A DNA stretch of 64,000 nt from Minisyncoccota bacterium (GCA_028718785.1 JAQULB010000001.1:104214-168213), one strand, 5' to 3'. Shown: positions 1-8,341, counted from the first letter of the stretch. Translations and numbers: made by a program. Notes: generated by a model not told the origin, from the sequence alone.

Positions 1-365
1 GTATTGGTATTTTTTCCTTTATATATAACTTGATACCTACTTGAAAGCTCTGGGGCAACTGCCTGAACAAAAGACACTTCTTGAGCAATGGCAGTGGCGT
101 CTTCTGTAGTGAGGTTTTGGGCCGAACCAGCTCCTTGACTCACCTGCATTCCAACCCCTCGCTGAGCGCCTGGCATTATCATAACCAAATTAGCGCCAAG
201 CGATTGAATATTTGATTGAATAGCGCTTTGAGATCCTTGGCCAATAGCAATCATGGCAATAACCGAACCAATGCCAATCACAATGCCCAAAGCTGTTAGC
301 CCAGACCTAACTTTGTTTGCCAATAACGCTGCGATTGTTTCTTTAAATAAATCTGTCGCCTTCAT
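1..365 (-). CDS. MacB/FtsX-family ABC permease, N-terminal part (gene continues past window start)
   Basis: Minus-strand ATG at 365 gives [44 protein letters not shown]..., a typical MacB N-terminal TM1 plus start of the periplasmic domain. It directly follows the ATPase gene. Confidence 0.75.
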   Translation of the reverse strand, partial: MKATDLFKETIAALLANKVRSGLTALGIVIGIGSVIAMIAIGQGSQSAIQSNIQSLGANLVMIMPGAQRGVGMQVSQGAGSAQNLTTEDATAIAQEVSFVQAVAPELSSRYQVIYKGKNTN

Positions 366-1062
366 ACTTTTTTTCGTCTTTAATTATTTGCCCGTCTTTA
401 ATTTGGATAATCCTGTTAGCGTAATTAGCCACTGACATTTCATGGGTAATAAGCACAATGGTGTGGCCTTGTTCTTTGTTTAGCGATTGAAAGGTTGATA
501 AAACAATCTCCCCGGTTTTGGTATCTAAGTTTCCTGTTGGCTCATCCGCCAAAATTAAAGAAGGATTGTTAACCAAAGCTCTTGCAATTGCCACTCTTTG
601 CATTTGCCCGCCAGAAAGCTGGTTGGAAAGATGATAAAAATGGTCTTCCTCTAATCCAGCATTTTTTAAAGCAACCTTAGCTTGCTCCTCTCTTTTTTCT
701 TTGGGAACATTAGCGTAAACAAGCGGAAGCATAACATTTCGTAAAACCGTTGCTCTGGGCAGCAAATTAAACGCTTGAAAAACAAACCCGATTTTATTTT
801 TTCTAACATCCGCTAACTCGTCATCAGAGAAATCAGCCACATTTTTTCCATCAAAAAAATATTCTCCGCTTGTTGGGGTGTCCAAAGCGCCCAAAATATG
901 CATTAAAGTTGACTTGCCCGAGCCCGATGGCCCAATAATTGCCACAAACTCACCCTCATTGATCTTAAAAGAAACTCCTTTTAACACAAGGTTTTCTATC
1001 GCCTGCCCCGAGCCCGTTGAGGGGCTTTTATAATTTTTAGAAACATTTTTACATTCAATCAT
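343..1062 (-). CDS. ABC transporter ATP-binding protein (MacB/LolD type)
   Basis: Walker [10 protein letters not shown], signature LSGGQMQR, Walker [14 protein letters not shown]-loop ITHE. The internal Met MIECKNV is taken as the start. Confidence 0.9.
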   Translation of the reverse strand: MIECKNVSKNYKSPSTGSGQAIENLVLKGVSFKINEGEFVAIIGPSGSGKSTLMHILGALDTPTSGEYFFDGKNVADFSDDELADVRKNKIGFVFQAFNLLPRATVLRNVMLPLVYANVPKEKREEQAKVALKNAGLEEDHFYHLSNQLSGGQMQRVAIARALVNNPSLILADEPTGNLDTKTGEIVLSTFQSLNKEQGHTIVLITHEMSVANYANRIIQIKDGQIIKDEKKYEGDRFI

Positions 1063-1096
1063 ATACCTAATACATAAAAAATTTAGGCGGGTAAAT

Positions 1097-2815
1097 TTAC
1101 CTTCCAAAATTTCCCCCTCCTGTTTGTATTCTCACTGCTCCAGCTCCTCCTGTTGCTCTTCCCCCTGCTGTTTGCAATAAGCTTTGTCCTTGAGCTTGAG
1201 TTGTGGCAGTTGTGGGGGCAATAGTTCTTGTTATCACTTGATCTCCTTCTTTTAATCCGTTAACAACTTCTGTAACCGAATCATTGCTCAGCCCAACCTC
1301 AATTTGTTGCTGGACTGGAGGAGTTTTAGAAGAAACTCCTGTGTTGCTTGATGTATTTCCCAAAATATCGCTTGCTGTTAACATTTCCACATAAGACACA
1401 TCTCCTGATAATTTCAAAGCAGAATTGGGAATTGTTAAAACATCTTGCTTAACATCAACCACAATGGAGGCGGTAACGCTCATACTTGGCTTTATTCTGT
1501 CATCTTGAGTATCAAAACTAATTTTAGCTGTGTAGCTAACAACCCCTTGACTCACACTGCCCAAAGAGCTCACATCAAAAACCGAACCCGTAATGCTCAG
1601 CCCGTCAATAGCGTAAAAAGTTAAAGTGGCTTTTTGTCCAACTTTAACATTGGAAGCGTCCACTTCATTAAGAGAAACTTCTGCTATTTTTTGTTTAGTG
1701 ATTAAAGTTGCCAATGTAGTACCAGAAGAAACCGTATCTCCTTTTTCCACATTAACATTTGTGATAATGCCACTAAACGGAGCGTAAACATAATAATCAG
1801 CTAATTTATCTTTAGCGTCTTGCAAAGTATCTTTTGCTGTTTGTACTTTTGTTTCTTGGTCTTGAATATCATAACTGGTGTTTATTAAAGCTTCCTTGTC
1901 TGAAGATATTGAATCGATCAACGAAGACAACGATGAAATATAGCCATTTGTTTGGCTGGTATAACTGCTCAAATTTGATAAATGGGTATTTGAAAGAGTT
2001 TGGGGTTTTAAGTTTCTTGAAGTGAGCTTGTCTTGATAAAATTGAATTAAATCATTAGAGCTTTTAATTGCTTCTGATATATCTTCTATTGTTTGATAGG
2101 TTTCGCTTATTAAGGCCTCTATTGTTGGGTCATCTGAAGACCGGCTAACCAATTTATAATCTTTTAAATTTTGGTCGTAGGCAGCTCTGGCTGTTTGGTA
2201 TTTATTATAAGCGTCTGTTCTGTAAATATCTGCCTCATAATCATAAGCTCTTATCATATCATTGTAGTAGTCAATATTCCATTGGCCTGAGTTGAAGTCG
2301 TAAGAAAACAAAATATTAGAAAGCCCAGACATTGTGCTTGGCAAATTTAAAAAAATATTAGACACAGTATTAAAACCACTATCATAAGTTGAATTAAGGT
2401 TGTCTTGGGCTTTTTCTTTTACTCCCCTTAAAACGCCTTCTGGGGTGGTAGTGCCATTCATTTTATCTAAATCAAGCTGGGCTTGCTGTAGACTTGCTTG
2501 ATCGTTAGCTATTTCTTTTTCAAGAGAAGTTGTGTCAATTTTAGCCAACAAAGCGCCCTTGCTCACCAACGCCCCTTCAGTAAGTCCCAAAAAAACAATC
2601 TCTCCTGAGGCCTTTGGTTTTACATCAACCTGATCTAAAGATAAAACCTGGCCAGTCCCCTCCACAGAAACCACAATTGTTCCTTTTGTGACAGGAGATA
2701 AAACATACTTTGTTACATTAGAGCCACCTTTAAATGCTTTATATCCAAAATATCCCCCAACAACCAAAATAATAACAATTGCCCCAAAAATAATTTTCTT
2801 GTTTGTTTTTTTCAT
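1097..2815 (-). CDS. HlyD/MacA-family periplasmic adaptor with long coiled coil
   Basis: N-terminal TM, barrel-sandwich motifs (VKPKASGEI..., APFSGIITNVNVEKGD), long Q/L/D-rich coiled coil. Operon with the ABC ATPase and permease. Confidence 0.8.
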   Translation of the reverse strand: MKKTNKKIIFGAIVIILVVGGYFGYKAFKGGSNVTKYVLSPVTKGTIVVSVEGTGQVLSLDQVDVKPKASGEIVFLGLTEGALVSKGALLAKIDTTSLEKEIANDQASLQQAQLDLDKMNGTTTPEGVLRGVKEKAQDNLNSTYDSGFNTVSNIFLNLPSTMSGLSNILFSYDFNSGQWNIDYYNDMIRAYDYEADIYRTDAYNKYQTARAAYDQNLKDYKLVSRSSDDPTIEALISETYQTIEDISEAIKSSNDLIQFYQDKLTSRNLKPQTLSNTHLSNLSSYTSQTNGYISSLSSLIDSISSDKEALINTSYDIQDQETKVQTAKDTLQDAKDKLADYYVYAPFSGIITNVNVEKGDTVSSGTTLATLITKQKIAEVSLNEVDASNVKVGQKATLTFYAIDGLSITGSVFDVSSLGSVSQGVVSYTAKISFDTQDDRIKPSMSVTASIVVDVKQDVLTIPNSALKLSGDVSYVEMLTASDILGNTSSNTGVSSKTPPVQQQIEVGLSNDSVTEVVNGLKEGDQVITRTIAPTTATTQAQGQSLLQTAGGRATGGAGAVRIQTGGGNFGR

Positions 2816-2822
2816 ATCTTAA

Positions 2823-2908
2823 AAGTCGTTAATGAACGAAGTAAATTTACGAATTTTTAGATCCTGTTAAACGCTCTCTCAAAAAGCGTTTAATCGGGAA
2901 TTCCGATT
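2823..2908 (-). repeat. Structured leader element, copy A (immediately upstream of the adaptor gene start codon)
   Basis: Homologous to 31507-31667 and, in opposite orientation, to 16413-16481. Contains hairpins TTAAACGCT/AGCGTTTAA and AATCGG/CCGATT. Confidence 0.55.
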
Positions 2909-3401
2909 AATTCCGTTCTATTTTATTTCTGTTTGGCCCTAAAAAACCAACCGGAGGAACTGGCATCACCCTAATAAGCTTGGCTTCAATTTGACCTTGA
3001 TTATTTCCTTGGCCAATTACCACCAGCATATCATCAACTTTTAAATCGCTTATTTGAATAGTTTGATTTAAGCTATTAATGGTTGTGCTGGCTGTAATTA
3101 CCACAATTTTTTCAATATCTCCCCTACCCTTTATAGATATAGTTGAAGTTCCAAGCTGAATTATCTGCCCAACCACTCCATTAGCTTCTATAAAGTCCCT
3201 ATCTCCAAAACCCTGCATAAAACCCTGTCTTGGCCCGCCAAAATTTTGATGGTAATTATTGCTCCATCGACAAGAGAAATCCGCCTTTTTTATTCCCACA
3301 ATTTCTCCCACCTTAAAAACAAAAACTAAAATCAAAAAACCCAAAAGCCCAAAAAGAAAACCTTTAAACAAGCTTGATTGAAATATTTTGTTTGTATTCA
3401 T
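2907..3401 (-). CDS. Hypothetical membrane-anchored protein
   Basis: ORF with an N-terminal TM helix. Third gene of the sigma/anti-sigma-like operon. Confidence 0.5.
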   Translation of the reverse strand: MNTNKIFQSSLFKGFLFGLLGFLILVFVFKVGEIVGIKKADFSCRWSNNYHQNFGGPRQGFMQGFGDRDFIEANGVVGQIIQLGTSTISIKGRGDIEKIVVITASTTINSLNQTIQISDLKVDDMLVVIGQGNNQGQIEAKLIRVMPVPPVGFLGPNRNKIERN

Positions 3402-3747
3402 AGTTTTTTAAATTATTAAATAAAAATTTAAGCGAGCTCAAAAACACAACTGACAAAACCCCAGTTATTAAAATTTCGTTAAGAGGCAATGTTTCCAAAA
3501 GCGATAAAACAAAATTTTGCCAAAAACCCATAATTAAAAAAGTGTCAGAAAATATCAAAGAAAAAAGCGAGGTAAATCCTGAATCAGCAAAGCCAGAATA
3601 AACCGCCCTGCTTGCTGGAATAAGACACACAAAAGAAATAGCCAACATAACAGAAAAAATAGCGATTTTTCGCTTTATCGCTATTTTATTTTTCTCCATC
3701 CCAATCCTCAACATTATTTTTTCAAACAAAATTTTCTCGTTCATCAT
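3364..3747 (-). CDS. Putative anti-sigma-like membrane protein
   Basis: Short cytoplasmic N-terminus (MMNEKILFEKIMLRI...) followed by TM helices. Lies directly downstream of an ECF sigma gene. No recognisable ZAS motif. Confidence 0.45.
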   Translation of the reverse strand: MMNEKILFEKIMLRIGMEKNKIAIKRKIAIFSVMLAISFVCLIPASRAVYSGFADSGFTSLFSLIFSDTFLIMGFWQNFVLSLLETLPLNEILITGVLSVVFLSSLKFLFNNLKNYEYKQNISIKLV

Positions 3748-3804
3748 ATTATTAATACGCGAAAGACGCGCCAAATGGTGCGTCTTTTCCTTTTTGATTA
3801 TTAA

Positions 3805-4338
3805 TTATTTTTGGTAAAGCAGATCCTTTAAAATAAATATCGCCCGCCGATACCGGCTTTTAATGGTGTTAATTGGTTCGTTTAACTCTTTGGCAATTTC
3901 TTTAAAAGTTAAATTACTTTCATCCTTTAACAAAACAATCGCTTGGTAGCTTGGAGACAATTTTTTTAAAGCATTATGGATTTCTTTTATAGTTTCTCTT
4001 TGCTCAATGCCTTCAGTAAAACCGCTTTTTTCAGATGACAAATCATCATTAAAAGAAACAGTGGCTATTTTCTTTTTTCGCAAAAAGTCAATTGAAGAAT
4101 TTTTGGCAATTGTGAATAGCCAATTTTTGAATTTCTTTTCTTTGTTAAACCTTTTAATGTTTTTCCAAACCTTCACAAATACTTCTTGAGTTATATCTTC
4201 TGCAACAGCCCGGTTGCCGATGTTTTTATAAACAAAACTGTAAATTGGTTTTAAATATCTTTTAATCAAAATCTCCAGCGATTTTTCATCTCCTTCTAAG
4301 TACTGGCTAATAAGTTGTTCGTCAGTTTGTTCTGTCAT
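3805..4338 (-). CDS. RNA polymerase sigma-70 family, ECF-type
   Basis: Region 2 (DITQEVFVKVWKNIKRF, WLFTIAKNSSIDFLRKK) and region 4 (NLTFKEIAKELNEPINTIKSRYRRA). Confidence 0.85.
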   Translation of the reverse strand: MTEQTDEQLISQYLEGDEKSLEILIKRYLKPIYSFVYKNIGNRAVAEDITQEVFVKVWKNIKRFNKEKKFKNWLFTIAKNSSIDFLRKKKIATVSFNDDLSSEKSGFTEGIEQRETIKEIHNALKKLSPSYQAIVLLKDESNLTFKEIAKELNEPINTIKSRYRRAIFILKDLLYQK

Positions 4339-4380
4339 TGTGAAATTATATTATCATTTTCCATTAAAAATTAAAAGTTT

Positions 4381-4422
4381 AAAATACAATGGCGTTTTAG
4401 AGAATAATCTCCAAAACGCCAT
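4381..4422 (-). terminator. Rho-independent terminator after the small-peptide trio
   Basis: Stem ATGGCGTTTTAGAG / CTCCAAAACGCCAT with one mismatch, followed by a T-run on the minus strand. Confidence 0.55.
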
Positions 4423-4428
4423 ATTGTG

Positions 4429-4596
4429 TTAAACATTTTTATACTCCCTGCCGTTTCGCAAAAATAAAATAGAACTCAAAGCAAATAAAGCAACAGCAAT
4501 TAAGCCAACAGAAAGAATAATTGGCCAATTGCAACGCCACAAAAACGGCAAGCTCAATAAACTATCTGCCACATCTCCAAGCCATTCTGCTACCAT
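4429..4596 (-). CDS. Small single-pass membrane peptide (55 aa)
   Basis: MVAEWLGDVADSLLSLPFLWRCNWPIILSVGLIAVALFALSSILFLRNGREYKNV. Preceded by a perfect SD (TAAGGAGGTGTGAA-ATG). Below the ORF-track size cutoff. Confidence 0.5.
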   Translation of the reverse strand: MVAEWLGDVADSLLSLPFLWRCNWPIILSVGLIAVALFALSSILFLRNGREYKNV

Positions 4597-4607
4597 TTCA
4601 CACCTCC

Positions 4608-4766
4608 TTATGTGTGTTTATGATGCAAAACCCAGCGAGCGAAATAAATAGTTATAATTATTAGCGTTATAATTATAACTGCCCAACCGCTCGCAGTGCA
4701 AAAAAGCCCTTTTAATCCATACTTTATTTCTTCACAAACACTCTTAAAAATAATATCCTCAAGCAT
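4608..4766 (-). CDS. Small single-pass membrane peptide (52 aa)
   Basis: MLEDIIFKSVCEEIKYGLKGLFCTASGWAVIIITLIIITIYFARWVLHHKHT. SD is GGAAGGAGGAAGAAAA-ATG. The start overlaps the stop of the previous peptide (ATGCTTGA). Confidence 0.5.
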   Translation of the reverse strand: MLEDIIFKSVCEEIKYGLKGLFCTASGWAVIIITLIIITIYFARWVLHHKHT

Positions 4767-4866
4767 TTTTCTTCCTCCTTCCCTTCAATTCTACAATAAA
4801 AACAACCAAACCATAAGGGATATATAGTAAAAAATCGTAAAAGAAAATATTTTTAAAAATTTCCAT
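4759..4866 (-). CDS. Small hydrophobic peptide (35 aa)
   Basis: MEIFKNIFFYDFLLYIPYGLVVFIVELKGRRKKNA. SD is AAGGGGGAGGGAAA-ATG. Lies 30 nt downstream of the M50 protease gene. Confidence 0.4.
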   Translation of the reverse strand: MEIFKNIFFYDFLLYIPYGLVVFIVELKGRRKKNA

Positions 4867-4896
4867 TTTCCCTCCCCCTTCTGGACAATTTAATAA

Positions 4897-5520
4897 TTAA
4901 AGAACTTTTACCCCAACTAACAGCTGGAACAGCTGCATTAAATACATTCCCAAATATGGAAAAACAAAATATAAAAATATTAACAAAAAGAAAATTCCAA
5001 ACTGATTTAAAAAAACTTTTACCTCATTATATTTTTCGCCCAAAAAAGCAAACAATATGTGCGATCCGTCCAAGGGCGGAATTGGCACTAAATTAAAAAA
5101 CGCCAAAAGTAAATTAATCCACACAATTTCTTGCAAAATCATTCCCAAATTTTGATAAAATAAAGAACCACCAAACGGAACAATTCGCAAAACAAAAACA
5201 AAAAGCAAAGCCACCGAAATATTGGCCAATGGACCTGCTATTGCCACTTTTGCCTCCCCATATTTTCTATCCTGCAAAGCATAAGGATTTATTGGCACTG
5301 GCTTTGCCCAGCCAATTAACATACTGCTTCTCATTACAACCAAAAGCAAAGGCACAATTATTGAGCCAAACAAATCAATGTGTTTTATGGGGTTTAAAGT
5401 TATTCTCCCCATATCTCTGGCGGTTTTATCACCCAATCTTTCAGCCATAGCCCCATGAGCCACTTCGTGGATAATAATGGAAAAAACCAAAATAATTATG
5501 CTAAAAATAATATCAATCAT
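4897..5520 (-). CDS. Site-2 protease family (peptidase M50) membrane metalloprotease
   Basis: HEVAHG zinc motif in TM1 and the second motif NLVPIPPLDGSH. Polytopic membrane protein. Confidence 0.85.
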   Translation of the reverse strand: MIDIIFSIIILVFSIIIHEVAHGAMAERLGDKTARDMGRITLNPIKHIDLFGSIIVPLLLVVMRSSMLIGWAKPVPINPYALQDRKYGEAKVAIAGPLANISVALLFVFVLRIVPFGGSLFYQNLGMILQEIVWINLLLAFFNLVPIPPLDGSHILFAFLGEKYNEVKVFLNQFGIFFLLIFLYFVFPYLGMYLMQLFQLLVGVKVL

Positions 5521-5590
5521 TGCTTTATAGCTTGATAAAAAGCTGTTTATCGTATATTATACCAATATAATTAAAACTACAAATTAAAGA

Positions 5591-5767
5591 GGAGTTACCC
5601 CAGCTCAAATTTTGCGAAATGATGCAGGGGCAACCCGCTTCGCCCACCGCCAGCTGGCGGTAGGGGATGGGGCTATTCGCCCCACGCGGGTTGCAAAAGT
5701 TTTTTAAGTTTAATTAAATTTTAGAATAAAGTGGTGTTAGCGGAGGCAAAATTTGAGCGGGGTGCTC
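5591..5767 (+). other. GC-rich nested stem structure upstream of rpmB
   Basis: Outer inverted repeat GAGTTACCCCAGCTCAAATTTTGC / GCAAAATTTGAGCGGGGTGCTC. Inner stem GCAACCCGC/GCGGGTTGC encloses the hairpins CCGCCAGCTGGCGG and GGGGC..GCCCC. Confidence 0.4.
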
Positions 5768-5797
5768 ATTTTGTTAATTCGCTTCGCTCAAAACAAA

Positions 5798-6082
5798 ATG
5801 GCAAAAGTATGTACAATATGTGGCAAGGGCTCGTTAATGTTTGGAAAACTTAACAAATTAAGGGGAAAATATAATCCAGCCCCAAGAATAAGAAAATATC
5901 CAAACCTTCAATGGCTCACTGTGCCAAAAGATGTTCGCAACAAAAAATTTACAAAATTTGCTGGCCAACGAATAGAGGCCTGCGCCAAGTGCATAAAAAC
6001 TTTATCAAAACCCGCCCGACAAAAAAAGCAGAAAGAAACTCCAAAAGAAGGGGTTAAAGAAACTCCAAAAACCGAAGCCTAA
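5798..6082 (+). CDS. rpmB: 50S ribosomal protein bL28
   Basis: MAKVCTICGKGSLMFGKLNKLRGKYNPAPRIRKYPNLQW... matches the bL28 pattern (MAKVCxICGK ... PNLQ), with a lysine-rich tail. The ATG at 5798 is preferred over the longer ORF. Confidence 0.75.
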   Translation: MAKVCTICGKGSLMFGKLNKLRGKYNPAPRIRKYPNLQWLTVPKDVRNKKFTKFAGQRIEACAKCIKTLSKPARQKKQKETPKEGVKETPKTEA

Positions 6083-6088
6083 AACAAG

Positions 6089-6164
6089 CGGGCTGTAGTA
6101 TAATAGTAGTATACCGTTTCGGGGGAGCGGCGGTTCCAGTGCGATTCCCTGGACAGCCCGACCA
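6089..6164 (+). tRNA. tRNA-like gene (possibly tRNA-Pro, GGG/CGG-type loop) with atypical arms and an encoded CCA
   Basis: Acceptor CGGGCTG/CAGCCCG + A + CCA. D stem GTAT/ATAC. T stem TCCAG/CTGGA, but with a 9-nt loop TGCGATTCC. The anticodon arm register is ambiguous (loop region TTTCGGGGG). Confidence 0.4.
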
Positions 6165-6172
6165 CCTAACCC

Positions 6173-6198
6173 AAAAAGACGGCGTCAGCCGTCTTTTT
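6173..6198 (+). terminator. Rho-independent terminator
   Basis: AAAAAGACGGC-GTCA-GCCGTCTTTTT. Confidence 0.75.
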
Positions 6199-6244
6199 GG
6201 TTGATTTTTTGAAATAATAAAGCAATGATGATTGTAATAAGTTT

Positions 6245-6796
6245 ATGGGCGAAGAATCCGACGAACAGTTAGCATTGGCAACACAAAATGGTGATACAAA
6301 CGCTTTTGGTTTTTTGGTTGAAAAATATGAAGAAAAAATAAAAAGATATATTAAAAAATTTATACAAGGAGCAGAAGCAGAAGATATAACGCAAGATATT
6401 TTTTTAAAAGCTTTTAAAAATATTAACTCCTTCAAGGTTGAGCTAAAATTCTCCCCTTGGCTTTATCGCATCAGCCATAATGAGATGGTAAATTTTTTGA
6501 AAAAAAAGAAAACCTTGCCCCTTTTTGATTTTGATGTTTTCTTACCTCATTACCATGTAAGCCAAAAAGAAATGGAAAATGAAGCCGATAAAAAAGAAGA
6601 ATTAGAGCAATTTAAAAAATGTCTGGATAGGATAGAGCCCAAATATAAAGAAGTGGTTGTTCTCTATTATTTTGAAAACTTATCTTATCAAGAAATAGCA
6701 ACTATCACCCACTCACCCGTTTCCACGGTGGGAGTGAAAATAAAAAGAGCAAAAGAAAAATTAAAACAAATATGCCACAAACAAATAACACTCTAA
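6245..6796 (+). CDS. RNA polymerase sigma-70 family, ECF-type
   Basis: Region 2 (DITQDIFLKAFKNINSF, WLYRISHNEMVNFLKKKK) and region 4 (LSYQEIATITHSPVSTVGVKIKRAKEKL). Confidence 0.85.
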   Translation: MGEESDEQLALATQNGDTNAFGFLVEKYEEKIKRYIKKFIQGAEAEDITQDIFLKAFKNINSFKVELKFSPWLYRISHNEMVNFLKKKKTLPLFDFDVFLPHYHVSQKEMENEADKKEELEQFKKCLDRIEPKYKEVVVLYYFENLSYQEIATITHSPVSTVGVKIKRAKEKLKQICHKQITL

Positions 6797-7269
6797 CAGA
6801 AAAAATATTAAGCAAAATAAATTCAGGTGAAATAAAGGCCAAGCCAAAAATTTTCTTTTTAGTAAAAACTATTGGCTTTATTGTTTTATCTATTTTTTCT
6901 TTTTTAATTGCAATATTTACAGCAAGCTTTGTGGCTTTTGCCTTGCCACTTGGAGGGCCTTCTTTACTTTTAACAATTTTGGGATTTACTGTTTTAATAT
7001 CTGTTATGCTAAACATCTTTTTAGCGAAAAAATTTCCTTCTTTTTATAAAAAGCCATTAATTTTTAACTTGCTTATTTTTATTATTTTAACCCTTCTTGC
7101 TTCTCTTTTAATTTTAAAAACACCCCTTCATTCAAAAATGTTGGAACTTTCCAAACAAAAAGATATCCCTATTGTTAGCCCCTTGTACAAACATGGTTGT
7201 GGTTGCAATGCTCAAAAAACTTGTGGTTGCACAAAAGCAAACGGGCAATGTAATATGAATATGAAATAA
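6772..7269 (+). CDS. Anti-sigma-like polytopic membrane protein with Cys-rich C-terminal tail
   Basis: Overlaps the sigma gene stop. N-terminus LTEKILSKINSGEIKAKPKIFF resembles the partner in the other sigma operon. Tail is KHGCGCNAQKTCGCTKANGQCNMNMK. Confidence 0.55.
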   Translation: MPQTNNTLTEKILSKINSGEIKAKPKIFFLVKTIGFIVLSIFSFLIAIFTASFVAFALPLGGPSLLLTILGFTVLISVMLNIFLAKKFPSFYKKPLIFNLLIFIILTLLASLLILKTPLHSKMLELSKQKDIPIVSPLYKHGCGCNAQKTCGCTKANGQCNMNMK

Positions 7270-7343
7270 TTTTTGACCTAAGTTGTAATAATAAGCATAA
7301 AGGTCAAAAAAATAATCCTTCGATAGACTCAAGATAAAAAATT

Positions 7344-7619
7344 ATGTCAAAAAATCTTGTTCTTGCTCTTGCAGTTCTAATCGCTACTGTAGCAGTTTCG
7401 GGAGGAGTTATTATGGCCCAGCAATATCAAGCCAATAACTCAGCTAATGCTACGCCTACTCTCTCAACACCAACCTGCCCATGCGGTGGTGGCTGCGATT
7501 GCACTGCCAATGGCCAACCTTGCTCTTGTGGCCAAAACGGCGCAACCTGTGGCTGTGGAGCCAACAAAGCGGGAGGCGCTTCTGCTGGCCAATGCCACAA
7601 AGCAGTTCCTACTCCATAG
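7344..7619 (+). CDS. Secreted or membrane-anchored Cys/Gly-rich mini-protein (metallothionein-like composition)
   Basis: Signal/TM MSKNLVLALAVLIATVAVSGG, then PTCPCGGGCDCTANGQPCSCGQNGATCGCGANKAGGASAGQCH. Local GC spike. Confidence 0.6.
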   Translation: MSKNLVLALAVLIATVAVSGGVIMAQQYQANNSANATPTLSTPTCPCGGGCDCTANGQPCSCGQNGATCGCGANKAGGASAGQCHKAVPTP

Positions 7620-7642
7620 TTTCAAAACAAAAATCCTCTGAC

Positions 7643-8341
7643 TTAAGCAGAGGATTTTTGCATATAGGCCAGCCAATAATTTCTTTTATAGCTTTGATTT
7701 TGAAATTTAGCATAGCCAGATTTTTTAAACAATTTTTTAATTTTAAAATATTTTCCATAAAGTTCTTTAAAATCTTTTTCACTAAAAACTCTCTCCACTA
7801 AGTTTAATTCTTTTATAATGTAAGTATCGTTTTCTTTTCCGGGAGAAAACTTTAACAGATTTTTAGCGTTTTTATCTCCGTCTTTGCATAATGCCCTCAC
7901 AAAAAAATACCCACCATCCTTAAGTGCCCTATAAACTTCTTTAATATAAATATCTCTTTCTTTTTCATTTAATGAATTCGAAGAAGTAATGTCTAAAATT
8001 AAATCAAAATAATTATCGCCAAATGGATAGCTTGCTCCAATATCCCCAACAACATAACTTACATTATCACTCACCTGCATTTCACCAGCCCGATTTTTTG
8101 CTATATCAATGGCTGTTTTTGATATATCCACACCCACAACTTTATTGCCAAGCCCGGCTAAGTAATTAGAATTTCTGCCCGTTCCACAGCCCAAGTCCAA
8201 AATATTTAACCCACTCAACTCTTTTTTCTCCTCTTTTTTTAAATACTTAAAAAACCGCAAAACATCTTTTTGAGGTTCTGGGTTTTTAGTTATTAATTGA
8301 GAGCTCCTATATTCATTTTCCCATGCCTGATATTGCCCCAT
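7643..8341 (-). CDS. Class I SAM-dependent methyltransferase
   Basis: Motif I ILDLGCGTGRNS, post-I VVGVDIS, motif II/III region. Confidence 0.85.
   Translation of the reverse strand: MGQYQAWENEYRSSQLITKNPEPQKDVLRFFKYLKKEEKKELSGLNILDLGCGTGRNSNYLAGLGNKVVGVDISKTAIDIAKNRAGEMQVSDNVSYVVGDIGASYPFGDNYFDLILDITSSNSLNEKERDIYIKEVYRALKDGGYFFVRALCKDGDKNAKNLLKFSPGKENDTYIIKELNLVERVFSEKDFKELYGKYFKIKKLFKKSGYAKFQNQSYKRNYWLAYMQKSSA

Noticed and set aside
253-435. 60-aa plus-strand ORF
   Set aside because: It lies antisense to the junction of the MacB permease and ATPase genes, both of which have strong motif support. No SD or motif.
7447-7801. Three overlapping ORFs (7447-7641 +, 7464-7676 -, 7481-7801 +)
   Set aside because: They are by-products of the local GC spike that encodes the Cys/Gly-rich mini-protein. 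They have Ala/Arg/Trp-rich nonsense composition and overlap the better-supported 7344-7619 gene and the methyltransferase.
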